Source: Candidatus Cybelea sp. (lineage in GTDB: Bacteria; Vulcanimicrobiota; Vulcanimicrobiia; Vulcanimicrobiales; Vulcanimicrobiaceae). Taken from it: 64,000 bases of DNA. The DNA lies in NCBI GenBank assembly GCA_049696515.1, contig JBAVTZ010000173.1, positions 292 through 64,291 on the forward strand, given 5' to 3'. Of this stretch, positions 56,348 to 64,000 are shown in pieces (within the stretch, counting starts at the first letter, position 1; every line of letters starts with the position of its first letter). Made by a program: the position numbers and the translations under genes. The notes under the pieces were generated by a model that was not told where the DNA came from, did no database searches, and saw only the letters and a program-made list of their open reading frames with translations.

Positions 56348-56364
56348 GCGGAGTCGAAGGATGA
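56338..56364 (+). repeat. REP-like 28-bp palindromic unit (GTCATCCTGAGCGGAGTCGAAGGATGA)
   Basis: Contains the TGA stop of the hydratase (56345..56347) and the ATG of the next gene (56361). Confidence 0.8.
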
Positions 56365-58298
56365 TTAAACGGCTGCTGATCGCCAATCGCGGTGAGATCG
56401 CCGTCCGCGTTGCGCGTGCGGCGCGCGAAATGGGCATCGTTCCATTGGGCATTTACTCCGAAGCCGACGCGCGGGCGTACCATCTGCAGTTCGTTGACGA
56501 AGCGCGCTGCATTGGTCCGCCGGCTGCAGCGCAGTCTTATCTCAACGCCGAAGCGATCGTTGCCGCCGCCGTCGCGATGCAGGCGGACGCCGTCCATCCG
56601 GGCTATGGATTCCTCTCCGAGCGCGCGCTTTTCGCGCGCGCGGTTCGTGACGCCGGATTGATCTTTGTGGGTCCGACGCCCGAAGCGATGGCGGCGATGG
56701 GGAGCAAGATCGAAGCTAAACGCCGCGTGCGCTCCTTCGACGTGCCGACGGTTCCGGGATACGACGGCGACGACCAATCGTCCGCAGAGCTCTTGAAGCA
56801 AGCGCGTCGGGTCGGTTTTCCCTTGATGATCAAGGCGAGCGCAGGCGGCGGAGGCCGGGGCATGCGGGTCGTCGAGGCGCCCGCCCGTTTCGATGAAGCG
56901 CTGGAAGCTGCGAAGCGCGAAGCGCTTGCCGCCTTTGGCGACGACGCCGTGCTGCTCGAGCGCTACCTTCGCGATCCGCGCCACATCGAGTTCCAAGTCC
57001 TCGCCGACGATTACGGGACGACGATACATCTAGGCGAGCGCGAATGCTCGATTCAACGCCGCCACCAAAAAATCGTGGAAGAGGCGCCCTCGGTGGCACT
57101 GAGCCCGCAGCTGCGCGCCGAGATGGGTGCGGCTGCCGTACGCGCTGCCGAATCGGTCGGCTACTCCAACGCCGGAACCTGCGAGTTTATGCTCGATGGT
57201 GACGGAAAGTACTATTTCTTAGAGATGAACGCACGCTTGCAGGTCGAGCATCCGGTCACCGAGCTCGTGTACGGCATCGACCTCGTCCAGTGGCAGCTGC
57301 GAATCGCGAGCGGAGAGCGCTTGACCTTGCCGCAATCGGAACTGCGCCCGCGCGGCTGGGCTATCGAGGCACGCCTTTACGCCGAAGACCCCGCCAACCG
57401 GATGTTGCCCTCAACCGGCATCATTCTGCACTGGTCGCCGCCGGAAGGGCCGGGGATTCGCCTCGACGCCGGGGTTACGGCCGGAAGCGAAGTAAGACAC
57501 TACTACGATCCGATGCTCGCAAAATTGATCGCCTTCGGCAGCGATCGTGCGGCCGCAATCGCGCGGCTCGAACGAGCACTCGCCGATTTCACGATCGGCG
57601 GCGTGCGTACGAATCTCCCGCTGTTGCTTTGGATCGTACGCAACCCAGCCTTCCGCGCCGGCGAGACAACGACGAGCTTCCTCGATCGGCACCTCGACGA
57701 AGCGATCTTCGCCCCGAGCGCGCCGCCGCGCGAGGCGATCCTGCTCTGCGCCGCCGGGTTGCTCGCGGACGGGCGTGCGCCATGGCGGATCGGCGGAGCC
57801 GGGATGCCGCTACGCCTCCAGCACGATCTCGGCGTCGTCAACATGCTTGCGGATGCGACCAGCGATCCCGATGCCTGGCGGATCTCCGGTGACTATCGCG
57901 GGAAGCTGCACGCGCAACGTTTCGAAGATCTAGTGCGCGCCGACTTCGACGGCGAGTCGATCGCCGGCGCGGTCACCTGTCACGATGGTGTTTTCAGCGC
58001 GCATCTCGACGGCCGCGCTTGGCCTTTCGCATTCGCAGCGCCACCCTCCGCCGACGCGACCGGCCGAGGCGGCGGAGTTGTTGCCGCCGGACACGTCACC
58101 GCGCCAATGCCCGGAAAGATCGTCAAAGTCGCGGTTCGGGATGGGGAGGCGGTCGAAGAGCACGCACTGCTGGCCGTGCTGGAGGCAATGAAGATGGAGC
58201 ACCGCATCGAAGCCTCTGCGGCTGCAAAAGTGAAATCCGTGCTGGTGAAAGAGGGGCAAATCGTCGCGGCCGGTACCCCGCTGGTGGAACTTTCATGA
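56361..58298 (+). CDS. methylcrotonyl-CoA carboxylase biotin-carrying (alpha) subunit
   Basis: Biotin carboxylase N-terminus MIKRLLIANRGEIAVRV, GGGGRGMRVV, and the C-terminal biotinyl motif EAMKMEH. Confidence 0.9.
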   Translation: MIKRLLIANRGEIAVRVARAAREMGIVPLGIYSEADARAYHLQFVDEARCIGPPAAAQSYLNAEAIVAAAVAMQADAVHPGYGFLSERALFARAVRDAGLIFVGPTPEAMAAMGSKIEAKRRVRSFDVPTVPGYDGDDQSSAELLKQARRVGFPLMIKASAGGGGRGMRVVEAPARFDEALEAAKREALAAFGDDAVLLERYLRDPRHIEFQVLADDYGTTIHLGERECSIQRRHQKIVEEAPSVALSPQLRAEMGAAAVRAAESVGYSNAGTCEFMLDGDGKYYFLEMNARLQVEHPVTELVYGIDLVQWQLRIASGERLTLPQSELRPRGWAIEARLYAEDPANRMLPSTGIILHWSPPEGPGIRLDAGVTAGSEVRHYYDPMLAKLIAFGSDRAAAIARLERALADFTIGGVRTNLPLLLWIVRNPAFRAGETTTSFLDRHLDEAIFAPSAPPREAILLCAAGLLADGRAPWRIGGAGMPLRLQHDLGVVNMLADATSDPDAWRISGDYRGKLHAQRFEDLVRADFDGESIAGAVTCHDGVFSAHLDGRAWPFAFAAPPSADATGRGGGVVAAGHVTAPMPGKIVKVAVRDGEAVEEHALLAVLEAMKMEHRIEASAAAKVKSVLVKEGQIVAAGTPLVELS

Positions 58299-58308
58299 GG
58301 CTGGCGTT

Positions 58309-58336
58309 GTCATTCTGAGCGGAGTCAAAGGATGAC
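58309..58336 (+). repeat. REP-like unit, variant GTCATTCTGAGCGGAGTCAAAGGATGAC
   Basis: Two substitutions relative to the 56338 copy. Contains the ATG (58332) of the HMG-CoA lyase gene. Confidence 0.8.
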
Positions 58337-59252
58337 GTTACCGCGCAGCGTGACACTTTTCGAGATGGGCCCGCGCGATGGGCTGCAAAACGAAAGTGCC
58401 ATTATCACAACCGAGGACAAGGTCCGTTACGTAGACTTGCTTTCCCAAACCGGCCTGCGGTGGATCGAAGCGACCTCCTTTGTCAGCCCCACGGCGATCC
58501 CGCAGCTTGCGGATGCCGCCGACCTCTTCGCGCGCATTCGCAAGGTGCCCGGCGTGCGCTACCCCGTGCTCGTTCCGAACGTCAAAGGGTACGAGCGCGC
58601 ACGAGCGGCCGGGGCGGACGCGATCGCCGTCTTCACCGCGGCCTCGGAACGATTTACAAAACGCAACATCAACATGACCATCGATGAGTCGCTCGTGACG
58701 TTTCGCGACGTGGTGCGCGCAGCCAAGCGCGACGGTGTCTGGGTGCGCGGCTATGTATCGACCGCGTTTGGTTCCCCTTTCGGTGACGCCGTCACGCCGC
58801 AGATGGTCCTCGACGTCAGCCTTAAACTGATGGAAATGGGATGCGACGAACTCTCGATCGGCGACACGATCGGCGTCGGCGTCCCCAGTCAGGTTGACGC
58901 TTTAGTTGCGCTCCTGCGCGAACGCATTCCGCTCGACTCGATCGCCTTGCACTTTCACGACACGCGCGGCACGGCGCTCGCCAATCTGTACGCCGCCTTG
59001 CAGCACGGTATCGCCAAGTTCGACGCGTCGTCCGGCGGCTTGGGCGGCTGCCCTTACGCGCCCGGCGCAACCGGTAACGTCGGCACCGAAGACGTACTCT
59101 ATCTGCTGCAACAAATGGACATCGAGACGGGCGTCGATCTCGCAAAGGTACGCAAGGCCTCGCGGTTTATTGCGGGCGTCGTCGATCACGCCTTGACCAG
59201 CAAAGCCTATCAGGCGATGGAAGCGGCCGAGTCGCGCGCCGCCGCAAGCTGA
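58332..59252 (+). CDS. hydroxymethylglutaryl-CoA lyase
   Basis: EMGPRDGLQNE, HFHDTRG, GLGGCPYAPGATGNV. Confidence 0.9.
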   Translation: MTLPRSVTLFEMGPRDGLQNESAIITTEDKVRYVDLLSQTGLRWIEATSFVSPTAIPQLADAADLFARIRKVPGVRYPVLVPNVKGYERARAAGADAIAVFTAASERFTKRNINMTIDESLVTFRDVVRAAKRDGVWVRGYVSTAFGSPFGDAVTPQMVLDVSLKLMEMGCDELSIGDTIGVGVPSQVDALVALLRERIPLDSIALHFHDTRGTALANLYAALQHGIAKFDASSGGLGGCPYAPGATGNVGTEDVLYLLQQMDIETGVDLAKVRKASRFIAGVVDHALTSKAYQAMEAAESRAAAS

Positions 59253-59258
59253 CACTAT

Positions 59259-59375
59259 GTCATCCTTCGACTCCGCTCAGGATGACATAGCGTTTGCGTC
59301 CTCGACGTAGCCTGTCCTGAGCGTAGTAATGTCATGCTGAGCGAAGTCGAAGCACGAAGGGCTCAGGGTGACAGG
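59259..59375. repeat. cluster of REP-like units filling a convergent intergenic region
   Basis: 59259..59286 is the exact reverse complement of the canonical unit. 59311..59375 holds a partial unit and a GTCATGCTGAGCGAAGTCGAAGCAC variant inside an outer CCTGTCCTGAGC / GCTCAGGgtGACAGG stem. Confidence 0.8.
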
Positions 59376-59381
59376 GGAACT

Positions 59382-59789
59382 TTAGCGGCGCGCGAGTGGA
59401 ATGACGAAGCGTGTCGCCGTGTGCGAGTCGCTGTAGGCACTGATCTTGTTGTCGACCAGGCCCGCGGCGATTCCGGCTGCACGCACCTCCGCATCACTCG
59501 GATAAGCACCGCGTCCCTTCGGGTGAAAGATCCAGAGGGCGCCGTCGGGTTTGAGGTGTTTGGCCGCGCGTGCGATTCGCGTAAGATCCCTTGGGGCGTC
59601 GACGCGCAGAAAGATCAGATCGTAGCGGGTGCGCAGCGCTTGCGATGCAGCCTTCGCCAGCCGCTGGTTTAAGCCGGTCGTGAAAGTTTCTTCGTGGCGG
59701 CCGGCCACCGCGACGTGCGCGTCGGCGGTGACGCCGAGCTTCTCGAACAGCGTACGACCGGAGTAGTCACGCTCGCTGCGAGCGGTCAT
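59382..59789 (-). CDS. DUF3052-like protein
   Basis: 135 aa. Its ATG overlaps the glycosyltransferase stop (ATGA). Pattern DLIFLRVDAPRDL ... LKPDGALWIFHPKG. The family call is from memory. Confidence 0.55.
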   Translation of the reverse strand: MTARSERDYSGRTLFEKLGVTADAHVAVAGRHEETFTTGLNQRLAKAASQALRTRYDLIFLRVDAPRDLTRIARAAKHLKPDGALWIFHPKGRGAYPSDAEVRAAGIAAGLVDNKISAYSDSHTATRFVIPLARR

Positions 59790-60928
59790 AAAAAACCGAG
59801 GTTCTTGGGTTTCTCGGGAATCTCCGTGTAGGCCATCGGACGATCCCACCAATCGTGGCGACGCGCGCGCAGTTGCGCCTCGCTCGGCGGAGGCGGCAGT
59901 TGGAGTTCGAGCGCCCACACGTAGGCAGCGAGATAGCGCTCGATCATGCGATCGACAGTGAACTCGCGCTCGACGTGGCTGCGGCACGCGTGACGGTCGA
60001 GCGAGGCCAAGAGCGGGACCTTGCTGACCGCATCCTCGACGCCGTCACATAAAAAACCGGTTACGCCGTCGACGACGATTTCCGGAATCGAACCCATGCG
60101 TGCCCCCAGGACCGGGGTGCCGCATGCCATCGCTTCGATGGTGGTGAGGCCGAAGCGTTCGGGACGAGTCGTCATATGCACCAGCGCGAGCGCATTTGCC
60201 AGGAGCTCGTTGCGCCCCTCACGCTCCACTGCGCCCAAGAACTGCACGCGATCGCCGTCGATTCGCGGCGCGATCTGCTCCCGAAAATATCGCTCATCCT
60301 GCTGGATGGCGGCGATTTTCAATCGGACTCCGGCACGTTCCGCGATCTCGATCGCGAGATGCACGCCTTTCTCGGGGTGAAAGCGCCCCAAAAAGCAGAG
60401 ATACTCGCCCGGCCGGTCGCTGAAGGTGAACTGTGCGGGATCGATCCCGTTGTAGGTTGTCGCAAGGTACTCGAGACCGGGGTCGCGGTCGGCGTTGGAA
60501 ATCGAACAGTAAAAACTGCGCGCCGCACCCGCGTAGTAGGCGGCCAGAATCTGCGGCGAGGAAAAACCGTGAATCGTTGTGAGCAATGGCGGCGCGCTGG
60601 ATGCAAGCGCATAGGTCAGCGGCTTCCAATCGAAGTTGTTGTGGATGAGATCGAACTCCGGCGCACGACGAAAGAGTTCGGCAATATGCAGTGCGCTGAA
60701 GACCTCGCCGTTGAGCGCCGGATCTTCATTGAGTCCGACCGGGACGACGGAGATTACTCTGCCGTCGAAGCGCGAGTTGCCGGTAGCAAAGAGCGTCACG
60801 TCGAGCCCCCGCCGGCGCATGCCGTCGGCGATGTTAAAGGCAATCTGCTCCCAAGGGCCGTACCCCGGGGGCGGCGCGGGCCACGAAATCGCCGCCAGCA
60901 CCGCCAGCCGCAGACCCTTCAAATCCAC
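59786..60928 (-). CDS. GT4-family (GT-B fold) glycosyltransferase
   Basis: C-terminal motif ERFGLTTIEAMACGTPVLGARMGSIPEIVVDGVTGFL. GTG start. Confidence 0.85.
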   Translation of the reverse strand: MDLKGLRLAVLAAISWPAPPPGYGPWEQIAFNIADGMRRRGLDVTLFATGNSRFDGRVISVVPVGLNEDPALNGEVFSALHIAELFRRAPEFDLIHNNFDWKPLTYALASSAPPLLTTIHGFSSPQILAAYYAGAARSFYCSISNADRDPGLEYLATTYNGIDPAQFTFSDRPGEYLCFLGRFHPEKGVHLAIEIAERAGVRLKIAAIQQDERYFREQIAPRIDGDRVQFLGAVEREGRNELLANALALVHMTTRPERFGLTTIEAMACGTPVLGARMGSIPEIVVDGVTGFLCDGVEDAVSKVPLLASLDRHACRSHVEREFTVDRMIERYLAAYVWALELQLPPPPSEAQLRARRHDWWDRPMAYTEIPEKPKNLGFL

Positions 60929-60944
60929 CGGTTACAGCAACCCT

Positions 60945-62357
60945 TTAGCGGTCGTCGTCAACGACATGATCGTTACGGTCGGCGACGGCGAGGTTGTAGC
61001 GGGTGCGACGGATCAGATTTTTCATCGACACTTCCGAAAACGACGGTATGGGTGTGGTACGCGTGTAGTCGAACATATCGCTCAAGTCGTCGTCGGTCGC
61101 GTCACGTTGCCCCAGGTTCCCGAGTGCCCAGTTCTTCTCGATGAATCGCAGGATCGATGTCGACTCGCGGCGAGTGTGCGAAACGTACGGCGCTGCCTGT
61201 GGGTTGCGCGCGTCGTAACCTGAGTGCGCCCAGGCCGAGAGCACGAGAATTGGAATGCGAAAGCCCCATGCCGTGCCGTCGGGACCGGGCGGCGGCGCAA
61301 CGTGATCGTACCACCCGCCGGAGTCGTCCCAGGTGAGAATGAGCGCGCTATTCTTGTAATAGTTGCAGGCGGGAGCGGCGTGCTGGCTCTGTACGATTGC
61401 GAGGTAGACGGATCCGACCCAGCCCGGGCCTCCGGCACTCAAGTTTCCGGCGTGATCGGAGTCAAGCCAATTCGGCATCACGAACGAAACTTGCGGCAGC
61501 CGGCAGCTCTGAATGTCACCGAGAATCGTTCCCGACGGCGTAATTACGTTGCGCTCCCAATCGGGACCGTACCGGATTTTTCGGAACGCGTCGAAGATGT
61601 TTACCGCCGGATTGCTGGCGTCGTTGTATGCGCCGGTGTACGCCTTCCAGCTTACCTGCGCCGCATCGAGCAGATCGGCGACCGTCATCTGGTCGAAACA
61701 CGGAAAAATTCCCGGCTTGACGATCGCTTCGCCTTCGCCAAAGAGCGGGACGGTGGTGCCGGGCTTGGAATCGCAGCCCCAGATGGCGTCGTTTGGATTG
61801 CCGGCGATGCGGCTCTGGCCCGTCATCAGCGTGTAGTGACTCGGGAACGTCGGAACGAGCCGCGTCGCGAAGTTTTCGTCGGCCAGTGCGTAGCGAGCTG
61901 CGAGCAGATGATAGATCGTCGTCTCCGCATAGGGAAGATAGGCATAGGGAAATCCAGAGGCCGGCTTCACCAAACCAAGCACCGTCGTCACATGATCTTG
62001 CACGAAGCCGTCCATCCTGCCACGATTCCATTCGGCCAGCAGCGCAAGATGGTTGTGACTCGGATCGGCCGGATACTCGAACGGCACCGCTTTGAGCGTC
62101 ACCGGCTGGCCGTCGACCGTCGTCGTCTGCGAGGTGTTGGCTCCCGGATAAGGCCCACCGTGGGCCAGAATCGAGGACGCGAACAGATTATCGAAGGTGC
62201 GGTTCTCCTGCACCACGACGATAACGTGTTGAATCGGGCTTCCCGCAATCGGCGCTCCGACTGGAACCGGCGTAGCCGCCGCACTTTTCGTCCGGCTGAT
62301 GACCGGCCCTAATGCAATCGCGAGGATTAAGATGCTTAAGATAACGGTGCCGCGCAT
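60945..62357 (-). CDS. exported phosphoesterase-family protein (phospholipase C / AcpA-like)
   Basis: Signal peptide followed by IQHVIVVVQENRTFDNLF, the hallmark N-terminal motif of the family. Confidence 0.8.
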   Translation of the reverse strand: MRGTVILSILILAIALGPVISRTKSAAATPVPVGAPIAGSPIQHVIVVVQENRTFDNLFASSILAHGGPYPGANTSQTTTVDGQPVTLKAVPFEYPADPSHNHLALLAEWNRGRMDGFVQDHVTTVLGLVKPASGFPYAYLPYAETTIYHLLAARYALADENFATRLVPTFPSHYTLMTGQSRIAGNPNDAIWGCDSKPGTTVPLFGEGEAIVKPGIFPCFDQMTVADLLDAAQVSWKAYTGAYNDASNPAVNIFDAFRKIRYGPDWERNVITPSGTILGDIQSCRLPQVSFVMPNWLDSDHAGNLSAGGPGWVGSVYLAIVQSQHAAPACNYYKNSALILTWDDSGGWYDHVAPPPGPDGTAWGFRIPILVLSAWAHSGYDARNPQAAPYVSHTRRESTSILRFIEKNWALGNLGQRDATDDDLSDMFDYTRTTPIPSFSEVSMKNLIRRTRYNLAVADRNDHVVDDDR

Positions 62358-62380
62358 TTTGTAATAATAGCCTATTTTGG

Positions 62381-63529
62381 CTATTGAATTAGGCCGCTTT
62401 TAAGAACGAGCTGGGGTTCGCGCAAGGCGCGCACATCTTGGCCGGCGTCGCGCGCCAGCAGGAGCAGATCGGCCGGCTCACCAATTGCGAGGATGCCGCG
62501 ATGCAGGCCAATGAGTTCGGCGGCGACGTTGGTGGCCGCGTGGAGCGCTTGCTGCGGCGTCATCCCGAGCACCGCCCACATTAGCTCGACCTCCTGTGCG
62601 TAGTCGTCGTGATAGTTGTAGGGCGTGCCGGCGTCCGAGCCGCCCGCGATGCGTACCCCGCCTTCGAACGCACGCCGAATGTTCGTCAGCATCGCCTCGC
62701 TGACGGTGCGCGCTTTCTCGACCGCATAACGCGGTTGACGCCCCTCTTCGAGGTGTGCCAGGATGCAGGTCGGGGCGCTGAGTGTGGGAACGAGAAAGAC
62801 GCCACGTTCCTTGAAGATCGCGATCGCCTCGTCGTCGAGCATGTGACCGTGCTCGATCGAGTCGATGCCGGCGAGTAGGGCGTTTTTGATGCCTTGCGCA
62901 CCGATCGCGTGCGCGGCGGCGCGCAGTTCGTGCCGATGCGCTTCGTCAACGGCAGCAGCAAGTTCGTCGGGCGTCAACTGCGCGTTTCCTGGAACGGCCC
63001 CTTTCGTCAACACGCCACCGGTCGCGATGAGCTTGATGCAGTCGGCTCCGGCCAGCATCTGCTCCCGTACCGCCTTGCGAGCGTCCCACGGCGAATCGAC
63101 CGCCCGGCCGATCGGCCAGCCGTGACCTCCAGTCATGCAGAGCACGCTGCCTGCCGCGCGCATTCGTGGGCCGGGAATGCGCCCTTCTTCGATTGCCTCG
63201 TGCACGGCCGGCCCTATGCCGTTGGAGCTGCCGAGATCGCGGATCGTCGTGATTCCGGCCTTCACCGATTTGCGCGCATTCTCGGCTGCGCGCAAGAGTC
63301 GTTGGTTCGGGGTGGACGACAGAATCGCGCCCATCACGTCGGGCTCGCCGCTCATCTCAAGGTGAGCATGTGCGTTCACCAAACCCGGCGTTACGCAGGC
63401 CGCCTCCAAATCGCGCTCGCCGCTGGCGGCCCGGATTTCTTTCACCAAACCGCCGTCGACAACGATATCGACACGATTCTTCGGCGGCTCGAGCGTACCG
63501 TCGTAGAAGACTCCGGCTCGAATGATCAT
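62381..63529 (-). CDS. amidohydrolase-family metal-dependent hydrolase
   Basis: GLVNAHAHLE metal motif, a TIM-barrel amidohydrolase pattern, IEHG and GSDAG segments. Confidence 0.8.
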   Translation of the reverse strand: MIIRAGVFYDGTLEPPKNRVDIVVDGGLVKEIRAASGERDLEAACVTPGLVNAHAHLEMSGEPDVMGAILSSTPNQRLLRAAENARKSVKAGITTIRDLGSSNGIGPAVHEAIEEGRIPGPRMRAAGSVLCMTGGHGWPIGRAVDSPWDARKAVREQMLAGADCIKLIATGGVLTKGAVPGNAQLTPDELAAAVDEAHRHELRAAAHAIGAQGIKNALLAGIDSIEHGHMLDDEAIAIFKERGVFLVPTLSAPTCILAHLEEGRQPRYAVEKARTVSEAMLTNIRRAFEGGVRIAGGSDAGTPYNYHDDYAQEVELMWAVLGMTPQQALHAATNVAAELIGLHRGILAIGEPADLLLLARDAGQDVRALREPQLVLKSGLIQ

Positions 63530-63565
63530 CGATCGTCTATTCGAAACGGGCGCGCGAGGAACCCT

Positions 63566-64000
63566 TTAGTGAATGGGGAAGCTCGTGAGACTCTTTACGC
63601 CGTTGACGACAAGCTGAACGGCGATGGCCGCGACGATAATCCCTACGATCCTTCCAACGGCGTCGATGCCGGCTTCGCCGAACCACTTCGTGAGCTGAAC
63701 GGCACTGCGCATAGAGGCGTACGTGATGCCGATGACCACGAGCGCCGTCACAACAAAAACTGCACCGTTGAGAATTGGATGGGAAGGCGAGGGATTTACC
63801 AAGGTAACGCTCACGGTCATCGCGCCGGGCCCGGTGATAATCGGAATTCCGAGTGGGAAGACCGCCGGATCGCTGGCAGGGCGTGCATCTGCGATCGCCT
63901 TGTTGGCCGTCTGGGCATCGGTTTTCTCGGCGAGGACCATGTCGAATGCGACCTTCAGAAGCAGCAGGCCACCAGCGATTTTGAAGGCACCGATTTCGAC
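63566..64000 (-). CDS. MarC-family (UPF0056) membrane protein, 5' end beyond the window
   Basis: The frame stays open upstream of the tracked ATG to the window edge (FKIAGGLLLLKVAFDMV ...). Downstream is the multi-TM pattern IPIITGPGAMT. Confidence 0.7.
   Translation of the reverse strand, partial: VEIGAFKIAGGLLLLKVAFDMVLAEKTDAQTANKAIADARPASDPAVFPLGIPIITGPGAMTVSVTLVNPSPSHPILNGAVFVVTALVVIGITYASMRSAVQLTKWFGEAGIDAVGRIVGIIVAAIAVQLVVNGVKSLTSFPIH

Noticed and set aside
62366-62385. AATAGCC-tatttt-GGCTATT hairpin between the amidohydrolase and phosphoesterase genes.
   Set aside because: The stem is only 7 bp and AT-rich, overlaps a stop codon and lacks a U-tract. It is too weak to call as a terminator or regulatory element.

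Overview
GC-rich bacterial chromosomal window, densely coded on both strands. Many gene junctions are 4-nt start/stop overlaps (ATGA, GTGA, TTGA), and GTG/TTG starts are common. Most of it is core metabolism and housekeeping. Left to right: a fatty-acid beta-oxidation operon (acyl-CoA ligase fragment, acyl-CoA dehydrogenase, FabL-like SDR, 2,4-dienoyl-CoA reductase); a lipoprotein/HTH/membrane operon; rplU-prp; tatA; trmD-rplS followed by three tandem lepB genes, rbgA, rnhB and yraN (Firmicutes-like synteny); an APC permease with a Usp protein; four exported proteins of unknown function; a ribose-type ABC transporter; comM; an nrdR-dut-panE-hemQ-S53 peptidase string; dprA-argS; a pyrK-pyrD-pyrF-pyrE operon; a divergent ECF sigma / two-component / double DUF4097 locus; a DUF1800-DUF1501 pair; a leucine-catabolism (liu-type) cluster split by five unrelated genes; and a glycosyltransferase/phosphoesterase/amidohydrolase group. 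HemQ, Prp and the gene order suggest a Terrabacteria-type lineage, but that is only an inference. I found no rRNA, tRNA, CRISPR array, transposase, integrase or recognisable defence system. No single item stands out as a clearly novel system. The leads worth a second look are: (1) the composite envelope-stress-like locus with an unannotated 44-aa ORF; (2) an ArgRS whose class I HIGH signature reads VVVQ; (3) a 28-bp palindromic REP-like repeat that supplies the stop and start codons at liu gene junctions; (4) a strongly signalled 46-aa ORF followed by three perfect 10-bp repeats that put TAG in all three frames; and (5) a roughly 160-bp nested inverted-repeat element. All functional calls come from motif recognition by eye; no searches were run.
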